Assembly: GCA_012295275.1 (NCBI GenBank)
Contig: CM022672.1
Coordinates: forward strand, 23,002,001 to 23,066,000
Length of the DNA: 64,000 bases
Reading direction: 5' to 3'
Origin: Chrysomallon squamiferum
Lineage: Eukaryota; Animalia; Mollusca
The notes under the pieces are model-generated. The model saw nothing but the letters and a program-made list of their open reading frames with translations, did not search any database and had not been told where the DNA came from. Both the position numbers and the translations under genes were made by a program. Every line of letters begins with the position of its first letter. Position 1 is the first letter of the stretch. Positions 53,937 to 64,000 of this stretch are shown here, in pieces.

Positions 53937-54257
53937 CTAGAAAAGAAAAAAAAAAAAAAAAAAAAAAAAAAACAAATAGTAGAGAAAAACAAAAGCTCTT
54001 TTCAGCCAAAATGATACAGAATGTATACTGTAACCTCATCCAGTTCATTTAACTTGATATTAACAGTAAAATAATTGTGACACATGTAATGTATACCAAA
54101 TAAAAAACCTGCATCTTCTCATGAAACAATATGTTTCTAGATGTCAGTACCTGAGTGTATATAGTGATGCACATTTCTGTAAGTTATCGTACAGACAAGT
54201 GTAAGGGAAGAAGACTGCCACATTTCCATGGGTCATAGGTCCAGAATCAATCTCAAT

Positions 54258-54335
54258 GGCAGAGAGCTGGCCTGAGATGTAGGAGGTCACTAGATCAAAC
54301 CTCTTTGGTGGTCCATCTGGGCTATTTGTTTTTAT
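54258..54335 (+). mobile_element. SINE tRNA-like head fragment
   Basis: gagctggcctgagatgtaggaggtcactagatcaaacctctttggtggtccatctgggctattt resembles the recalled head/B-box region ggatcgatccccgtcggtgggcccattgggctattt. Confidence 0.45.
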
Positions 54336-56202
54336 GGCTCCATTGTCTAATGTAAGTTTGTAAAACGTATGATTTTACTGAAATAAAGTCAGAACTGGTT
54401 CAGTGGTTTTCACTTGTGAGCACAATTTAATGGAAATAAGCAGTACATAGGTATATATGAAATTTCTTTTCAGTGCTGCACGCGTCCTTCCCGTGTGTGT
54501 GTACGTGTGTGTGTGTGTGTGTGTACGTGTGTGCGAGTGTGTGTATGTGTGTACTTACATACCTAATAATAACTTTGACTTTATTTGAGCATTCGATATA
54601 TGCATAAGATTCAATATACATATACTGTTTTTAACGAAAAATGTGCAAAGGTCAATGTCTTTGATCTGGAATAATTACGAAATGTCAAACATTGTTTAAC
54701 ATTAACATCATAGAGACCAGAATATAAATAATTAAAGTAAACAATACATTATATTTTATAATAACTACATAACTGATAACTAAATATATAAATAAATAGT
54801 TCATGAGAAATAATAATAAATATAATAGTTTTTTTTTTTTTATTCTTTGAATAGGATCAAAATAACATTATTCCTGATATTAAATATTTGTCTGGATTAA
54901 AATAAATAATAACAGGGGAAAAAAAAAAAAAAAAAGGTAAAAAAAAAAAAAAAAAAAACAGCTCTGTGCAGTACATTGCTCTGTGATTATTTCACGATCT
55001 GCGGATTCAATACATTCAGCACGGCAGCCCACGTTTAGCAATTACCAACCAACTTACACTGTATCAGATATCGCAGTGTATTTTATCCTGACTCCAGCGA
55101 AGAAACTACTAAGATCCTTATTGAGATTAACACAAATTTTTGCATGTTTCTTATCAGATGTGTCTGTCTACACAGCAAATTAACCACACACAAACAATTC
55201 CGATGCCCGATTACTTGGAGCATGGTGGTAATATTATTATGATTTTTTTTTTTTTTTTTTTTTGATTTTTTTAAATTTAATTATAAACAGCTATCATTTT
55301 GATGACAGCCAACTGTGAGACAATTTACTGGGGTTAAACACTGACATTCTCCTACTGTGTGTGTACTGTCAGAACTTAGACCTCGTGTGAGATCTGAGTG
55401 GTTATTGTGTTCGGCTCTGACTGCTGGTGCTTGGAGTGACTGCTGCATGCTATTCGGTACAGTTTATATTTATCAGTATCCACTGATCACATGTCCTGTT
55501 GCTCTTGAACAATTTTATATATATATATATATATATTTTTTTTTTTCATTTTTTTTTTTTTTTTTTTTTTTTAAGGAAAGTGAGGAATGTGGGCAGTTTG
55601 GACAGAACACTCTGGATAATGTAAATGTGGCAAATGTAACATCTTAAAGTGACTGTAAATTAAACACATGTTAGTTATGAATAAATGAATAAATGAACAA
55701 TTTAACAAAACAACAACGACATGCAGATCACTCAGTCCTCTTTCTTTTGCCTCTCTATATATATATACAAGTGAATGTAAACAATATACACAAACATGCA
55801 CACACCAACAAACACGAATAAGTCTATGTACACAAACTTTGTCTCACGCGCGCGCACACACACACACAACCACACCACCATTATTTCGTTATCAAAACTA
55901 TTAATTTTCACTATGTCATCTTTTTATTTCATCGACATACATAATACGTATATTTAATAAGATGATTATTAATATGTAATCTGATTATAAAAAAAAAAAT
56001 ATCTGACATTTTCAGATTAAAATGCACCACAGATGTCTTGACTAAATCTGCATTAATCTGTTCATTTCATTACGAGGTAATCGGACAGGTAAATTAAACA
56101 ACAAGACATGTGATTTCAATCAACCACTTTGTTACCCAGTTCACCTGCCGAGAACATACGAACGCTATCAGCTGTGGATCTGGCCTCCAGACTGCTATTC
56201 TT

Positions 56203-56217
56203 ACACTAGGTGGCACT
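56203..56217 (+). promoter_or_regulatory. CTCF-like motif
   Basis: ACACTAGGTGGCACT versus consensus CCACTAGGTGGCRC. Confidence 0.4.
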
Positions 56218-56919
56218 GCAGTCGAATTAGCGGATTAGAGGCTAGCAGCACTGGCTCCATCGTTGGTCTAGATGGGCAGACCCCATAGTCAGGTTTATTC
56301 CGAGTTCTGACCTCGGTGATTAACTAATTAAAAGTTCAGTGATTTGGAATAGAAGCATTCAGTCATTTTTCTTGTACACACATATACAGACAGGTGGACA
56401 GATACACAGACGCTATAGAAATAGTCTTTCGGTTCAAGATTAAGACATATAAACGAACACATGCATTTAAATCATTCATACCCCCAAAAAAGACATCTCG
56501 ACAACTTTGCACGTTTGGCGACTGCCGAACTAAACTATCTCTCTTTGCTCTTTTCAGATGACATTGTTTTGTTTATGTGTGAAGGAAACAGAGATGTGTA
56601 ATTTACATAATATACGAGGTATCGCGGGGTTACTTATTATCTATGCGCCTATGATGCTGATTCCTACAGACTAAAATGTTTCTGATGACGGAAGTCGTAC
56701 GCAAAGCATTAAAGAAAAAGGTCAAGAAAGATTTCTGTTTTTTGTTTTTATTGTGTAGGTCAGTGATTCAACGGAATTTGTCGGCAGGGCTTGGAGGCAA
56801 GCCAGCTAGGACATCTCTGGGGTTTTACTGCCTTGGTCACTGTCAACATTTTGAGGCACCAAGGCTGCTGAGGAGGGCAATCGCTGCACTTACCATCAAT
56901 GTCAAAATAAAATTCGAAC

Positions 56920-57140
56920 CACACATACATACATACATACATACATACATACATACATACATACATACATACACACATACATACATACACACACAGTCAC
57001 ACACATACAAACATACAAACACACACACATTCCCCACACGATTCACACACACACATACATACATACATACCTATACATACATACACCATACACACATACA
57101 CGCAAATACACACATACACGCACATACATCCATCCACACA
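56920..57140. repeat. (ACAT)n/(AC)n compound microsatellite
   Basis: Directly visible. Confidence 0.97.
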
Positions 57141-58840
57141 TATCAACATTTGTAATAACAAATAGAGACAATACTTTTTTCCTTTCTTTTTTTTTTTTTT
57201 TTTTTTTTTTAACTTTTGCATGCTTCGACATAAAATAACATATAAAGGTTGTGAAGTACAATAATATGTCTGCACTGATACCTTCGTTCATCTTTCACAA
57301 ACAAGTGTAACATATGTAAGACACTAACTAACACACAGAGCTAAGGAGAAATTCTTAGCCAGTTATACATCAGCATTACAAGCAGAGCTAGCCACAGATG
57401 TTGAGCCACCAGAATATCAAACAGTCATATGGTGAACAGGAGTTACCTACATCTATTTAGTTTCCCTATTTAAATAGAGGTATTAGTAAAAGCAATGACA
57501 AGTTAAACATGTTGAAATCATCTAAATCCACACACAGAAAGAGTCTGATAAACAGAAAAAAAGTTTATGTGTATTTTCATTACCTGCGCTAACACACTGA
57601 ACAACACATGCTCTGAAAATAAAATAGTTGTAAATAGTTTCAGATTTTTAAATATTATTTTGGTTATCGTCGTTATTGATATTATTGTTATTATAAGTGC
57701 CTTTTTAATTTTTATTATCAGTGGTAGTAAAAGTAGAATATAATAAAAGCAGAGTGTATTTGTTAGTTCAACAGCAGGTGTGATAGTAGTAGTGGTTGTG
57801 ATGGTAATAATGATTGTAACTGCACTTGGGACAGTAGAAATAGTACTTGTTCTACTATTTGTAGTTAGCTGTAATGGAAATGGTATTAGTCGTAGTAGAA
57901 CGCTAGTTATAGTAATGATATATATATATATATATATATATCATTTTTATTTTAAATATTAATACTGATACTGTTATGTTTCCTGTTATCACGGTTATTT
58001 TTTTTTTTTTTTGTTCTTTTATTGTTATCATTGGAATTGTTTTGATGTTGTTTTTATTTTTTTTGTATTATTAACGACATGTTGCAAGTTCGTGAATTAC
58101 ATTAAGATTTAATTACATACTAAATACAAGTCAGTTAATTTACTTAATACATAGTGAATAACATTTCCAACATATTTTTAATAAAATCTTCATTATGAGT
58201 TTTATTGCTTATGAAATTTGTTACGTAGATTTCACATAAATGGATCAAGTAACAGTCATTCTGTTTATATTATATAATAACCGACACTATCATTTTATAA
58301 ATAGTTTCATCACAGACATATCAGTATTATATCACTGTCGCCTGTTTAATAACTTAATAAGTTATCATCATCAAGCAGACGTCTCGTTAAAGTAGAAAAA
58401 CTCACAGCTGCAGACGCAGTCTGACATTACAGTTTATCATTAGAGTTTAACTCCTGCTATGATGCATCAGATATCTACAAATAATATCCCTTGACATCCC
58501 AATTTTCTGCTTGAATAGCTGTGAATAACCATAGCCTGTGTAAAAGAGGCCATCTTGTATATGTATCATTGCTCTGAAGGAAAGGAAAGATGACCGAGAC
58601 ATGCGATGCAACGTGAAAAAAACGTTATCCGGAAGGCAGGAAAGGTAATGAACATCTGATAGTTGATTCGTTCTGTTGTCTCTAACACATGTTGGGATTG
58701 TCATGGAAAGAAGTAACAACAGAACTCTTGTTTCGAACAGAAAATAAAATTATTCAGCCAGAAAAATGTTTTCGTTTCCTGCCACAGGGTTGCGATAATG
58801 AGACTGATTGCATTGTTTGTTTGTTTTTTCTTTTAAATTT

Positions 58841-58872
<32 letters not shown>

Positions 58873-59102
58873 TCGATTGTTTCTGTAGCTTTCTTATTCT
58901 TTTTCCCCCCCTTTTTTTTTCTATTTTTGTGTGGAGAATTTTAAAAAAATATATTTTTTTTTTTTTTCTGTATTTGTTTTACTTAGTGTTATGGAAATAA
59001 AACTATGTTCTGTCAAAGATGGACTCATCCTATTTTATATAATATTAGGTATTATACTAACCAAAGTTGATCGAAATATATTCTGGCTCTGTTCAGTAAA
59101 CT

Positions 59103-59136
<34 letters not shown>

Positions 59137-59141
59137 AAGCA

Positions 59142-59191
<50 letters not shown>

Positions 59192-59214
59192 AAAGAAAGA
59201 AAGAAAGAAAAAAA
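59103..59214. repeat. (AAC)n(AAT)n(GAAA)n compound microsatellite
   Basis: Directly visible. Confidence 0.97.
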
Positions 59215-59989
59215 ATATCGCCAATCTCTAAATCTGCTAAACAAATCTAGAACATATCAGTTTCAAAGTGTTTGATTTTGAACGTTTTAATCTTCACACA
59301 TTGAAAACTTCCAGAATGAAAGCAAACCACGGGTTTTGATGACCACAAAGGAAACATGACAAATTGAAAGCCGAGGTTTTAATAAAAAGGGCAAGAAGAA
59401 TTTGCCTGTGTTGTCGAGAGCTTTAGGGTTAATTCTGAAATCAAATAGAGCTTGGAGAAGACCAGGTGAGAAGCAGCTATCGGTGATGAAATACCTGACT
59501 AATCACGTGAAAATGTCTGGTCACACTGACATCTTCTTTGTCGGATTTGTTCGTCGTCTTGTTCAGATTAAATGATTATAGGACGGTGTGAAAAAGAAAT
59601 TGAAAATTTTTAGTCCTCAGAGTATTAAAACTTTTGACAGAATTTAAAATATGCTATTCCTGTAACGTTAAAATAGTCAACGAAATTTATATTGTGTAGG
59701 AAACGTAATGTTTAAAGAGTTTAACTAAACTGAAAATAAATTATATATAGTATTTAAAGAAAAATTTGATATGTACCGTACAGCAAAAAAAAAAAAAAAA
59801 AAATACGGACAGTGTAAGATGTACAGTAAAATCTGTAAGGGAAATTATTGGCACTAGTAAAAATTTTAATTAAACTTAAAGTAGTAGCAAAGTTAAATAA
59901 ATAAATGCACGAAAATAAAATAAAAGCTGCACAGCTGAAGAAAATAATGCTAATAAAATAATATTTATTAAAATTTAAAATTACAGAAT

Positions 59990-60330
59990 CCAATAATTTA
60001 AAAATGCTTAACAGTTTAAAACAGTAGTATCGATAATTTTAAATTGTTTAAAAAGTTTAAATCAGCAGTACTGATAATTTAAAAATGGTTAACAAAGTTT
60101 TAAATCGGCAGTATTGATCACTTAAAATGTTGATTTTTAAAAAATGTTTAACGATGTTTGTTTGTCTTTTTTTCTTCAAAACACAAGTACTGATAATGTT
60201 ACAATATTTCAGAAAATTTAATATATATATATATTTTTTTTTTTCAAAATAATAAAAAATGTTAATATCTGGAAGAATTTAAAATGTGTATTACTGACAG
60301 TGTCGAAATATTTAACAAAAAACCAAATAT
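59990..60330. repeat. Degenerate ~40-bp minisatellite
   Basis: aaaatg(c/g/t)ttaaca…tttaaa…cagta(c/t)tgataattt recurs. Confidence 0.7.
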
Positions 60331-63300
60331 ATATTAAAATTACATGAAATAAAAATGAATCATAAATAATCAATTTATGTCAAATTTTATTAAATAAATT
60401 TTATACATAAACTTTAATACGGCTCCAAACATGACGCTATACTTGTACTGGTCATCACTGAACTAAACATAAACAAGTAATAAAACCACCATTAACTGAC
60501 CATTCAGAATGGTGGAGGAATCCAAACAGACATAAAGCACACAACAGGCTCGCAGTAAATAAAATCTGACAAGTTTCTGCAGAACTATTATCATTTAAAA
60601 ACAATCAAACTCGCTGCTTCAGAGTCCCGAATTACCTAAATTGCTCCAGAATTTAAATTTTAAATCTATGGAAGAGCGTAAAATAACTGTTCAGCTTTCT
60701 CTATGTTCTATATCTTGAAGGTGAAAGGGCTGTGCATTTGTCATGTAAATCAGCAAATAAATTAAACTGTAGTAAAAATGAATCATGTCTCAGTGTAACG
60801 TTTAGTGGTTAGACCCAGAACGTGAGAAAAAGTGTGGTCCTGCCTGGATTGAATGACGCAGGTAAATGTAAACCAAATCGCTGGGCTGGGCTTATTGATT
60901 TCCTAATTTACTGATTTATTTTTTTAAAGGTTGTCCATTTTAAACTTGTTAATGATACTCACGTTTGCAAAAACAAACTTGTGGGTTGAGGTTATTTAAT
61001 TCGTTCTTGTTTTAGAAAAAATAAAATTTGCCATTTTTGTGAAGTTCAGCAATAAAGTATTACGATATTAAATAGTCGATTAGTCACATCCACCACCAAG
61101 GACATGAAAGTGCAGCAAAAAAAAAAAAAAAAAAAAAAACCCAAAACGATCTTGATAATAACCAAACACTTTTTTTTTTTTTTTAATAGCTTTTAAAGGT
61201 TTTAATTTTTTGTTCAGAAAGTTATGACTAAAATATATAATTATGTTGAAATGTAAAACAAATCAAAAAAAAAAAAAAAAAATATGAATTGAATTTAGAA
61301 GAAAAAAGTGAAAGATGATCGGTGAAAAAAAAAAAAAAAACAGCTTAAAAACTTAATGTTTGTATGTAATATGCATATTTTATCAGTGGTAAAAACAGAT
61401 TTGAATGTTCACGTGTTATATGTCATGTAAGTAGCATCTGACAAGAGCTCAGTGAATGGGCTGAAAACATTATTGCTACCTTGATGTAATGTCTGATTAC
61501 ATGCATCATTAATCAGGATGGATTATATAACTAAAATAATTGATAAATTATACTATGGTTTAAAATATAGTTATTATTCATCACTTAAGTTAAATGATTA
61601 ATTTAATGTTTATATATTACCGTGGGTGTGTGCATCTGCTTTGCATATGTGTGTGTGTGTGTGTGTGTGTGTGTATTTTTCTCTGCATACATCTGTGTGT
61701 TTGGAGAGAGGATAACCATAAACTGAAAAAAATACTATATATTTACATAGATGTTTACACAAAACTGTGTTAGATGATTTTATTTTAGAGAGATAGAGAG
61801 TGAGTAAGTGTCCTAAGGCCATAATATATTGAATAATAGTAATAATAATATTAATAATAATACTGAATAAAATGAATTTTAAACATTAGTCAAACTATAG
61901 TTGTTGTTTTTTTAAATTAAATCTAAAAGGAACAGAATTACTCACAGTTAATCATAAACTGCACCTTACTTCATTCACACTAGATCCTCACCACAAGGGA
62001 AAATAATCCTGAATTCTTCTGTGCCTTGTAGTTTCAGAAGTGCGTCTGAACGGACGTCATACAAACTCTTTGTCTACTACTGACTGACAGACAAATAAAA
62101 AAAGAAAGACATACAGGAAATCCTCACTGACCCATATCAGTTTAAGTAACACGAAACTACTACAGTGGTGATATTCTCCAACAAGTGTTTAAAATGTTAA
62201 ATCCATTCATACAGTTTGTATAAGATGTTATATTTCACACTGCTGCTTCCCTTAATTTTCTGTTACACTCGTAACAGGTGTAAAATTTCAATGTTTGAGG
62301 TAAATAACTTTATCTGCACGTTCAACTAACTGTATACAAACATTTTTAGAAATGAAATATGTTTGATAAAGCCTTCGATATGGTAATAAATAAAAATGTG
62401 TAGGAACATATTTCAAACTTTTAATCTAAAGTCAGGGAATATGTTTTTTTAATTGTTAGAAGTGAGAGAATGTAGTTTCAAATTGTGATTTTGATAAAAA
62501 ATGTCACCCAGAAGCAAATGAAGATGCAGGAGTAGGTTTTGAAATTGTTATTCAGAAATAAGAGAATATGTTTTGAAAATATTGCCCAGAAATGGACTAA
62601 ACATTTTCAGTTAGCAGAATAGATCTTTGATATTCACCTTCTCATATATATGAAAATATTTCTTTTTGTAAACCACTTGTTAGACACTGACTGGAGTAAT
62701 ACTGTATCTAGTGGCAGATCATTAACTAGAGAGACAAACAGACAGGATGACAACAGTGGGATATTATTAGAACAGCTGAAAATAGAGCATTACATGTACA
62801 CTGAATTTTAATGTTTTATTTTAATTTCCCATTTATGATTATAATAGAAAACTAATAAACAAACAAACAACAACAACAACAACAACAATAACAACAAAAA
62901 AAATGAAAATTAGCAATACCCCAGTAAAAAACAAACAAAAACAAAAAAAAAAAAAAAAAAAAAAAAAATCCTAACCCTCCTTCCCCGAGAAAACGACAAT
63001 AAAAATAAAATATCAATCTATTTTCAACTATAATACAAGTTTTTCTTTACTAATTTAAATTTATTTACACGGGTATGAAAGAAATGTTTGTCCGCGTTGA
63101 CAAAATCTTTCAGATGTGGTCTTGCTTATATCAAATTACTCAAATGACAAATGACAGCAACGTTACGTCATGTATCAGATGACAGATTACTCAATAATCT
63201 TGAAAACTTTGTTGTTACCTGTTTTCACTGATAAGTCATTTATCATGAAGAAGCATGTAGCTGAACAATATTTGAAGTATATCAGTATGAAATAAAAATA

Positions 63301-64000
63301 TCGTTGTTATTCGTTATAAATGTTTAAATTAAATATACTGTTTTTTAAATTAAAATTTCATACAGATACAACTTGAGGTATTCAGTATAATATACCCGTC
63401 TTGTATTCAAAATAATAATAAAAAAAATAAAATAAAATATTAGAAAACAAAGGAAAACAAAAAGTGAATCTGTAATACTAATAATGAAATAAAAAAACAA
63501 GAACAAAACACCCCCACAAAAAAAAAAAAACAACGAAAAACAAAAACCATTAATAAAACAAACAAACAAAAAACGTTAAAGGAAAATACATGGGAAAAGG
63601 CACCAAAAATTTATTAATGTATACTTTTTGGAGTGTTGGCAAAAGTTGTCTGTAAATTAATATAAATTTACATCCTTTGAGAAGAATATCTCGTCTTTCT
63701 AGTGATCTGCGATCATCTGCCCCTGCTCATATTAGCATGTCACGGTGATTTAACAAGTGCATCTGAATTACTTTCATTTTATATCATTTCGTAAAAAGAA
63801 TGTAAAAAAAAAAAAAAATCACAGTAGAAAAAACAAAACTAAAACATCCATTGTAGATCTACATATTCATTTATAATACATGTAAATTATAATACATATT
63901 GATAACTTATACAGTCTTATTAATTTTTTTTTAATTTAATTTTTTTTTTTTTATATTTTGTATCAAGCTGCTAATATAATTTTCATTAACAGAAAGAGCT

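Noticed and set aside
56830-56865. GCCTTGGT…ACCAAGGC hairpin as a pre-miRNA
   Set aside because: The stem is too short and matches no miRNA family I recognise.
56888-56915. Perfect minus-strand donor ATG|GTAAGT
   Set aside because: There is no matching acceptor or promoter upstream; the sequence runs into an (ATGT)n tract.
690-63569. Six-frame ORF track entries
   Set aside because: Most are translations of microsatellites or poly(A/T) (HT, IY, VC, poly-K/F/I/N runs). None resembles a protein family I recognise.
1-64000. Gene symbol for the host gene; autonomous transposon, rRNA or tRNA genes
   Set aside because: A signal peptide alone is not diagnostic. No transposase/RT ORF or structured RNA gene was seen.

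Overview
AT-rich, microsatellite- and poly(A/T)-dense animal genomic DNA that is almost entirely non-coding. There is no prokaryotic gene organisation, and most ORFs in the supplied track are translations of simple repeats. Decayed copies of a tRNA-derived SINE with a Meta/MESC-like core (…GCATATAAAAGATCCCTTGCTGCTAAT…AAGAGTAGC…) point to a mollusc, probably a gastropod; this rests on recalled consensus, not a database search. The best coding signal is missed by the ORF track. It is a minus-strand exon (9617-9493) with an acceptor, an in-frame upstream stop, an ATG at 9598, a 35-aa signal-peptide-like sequence and a phase-1 GTAAG donor. It is probably the first coding exon of a large-intron gene for a secreted or cell-surface protein that continues left of the window. 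A possible next exon lies at 1205-1146. The remaining ~54 kb looks like 5'-UTR intron or upstream regulatory territory. It holds a young 48/53-bp minisatellite, several old minisatellites (some carrying CCAAT or RFX X-box motifs), enhancer- and promoter-like CpG-richer islands, CTCF-like sites, a candidate microexon and a periodic SINE-core array. The first coding intron also contains a candidate recursive splice site. No gene could be named with confidence.
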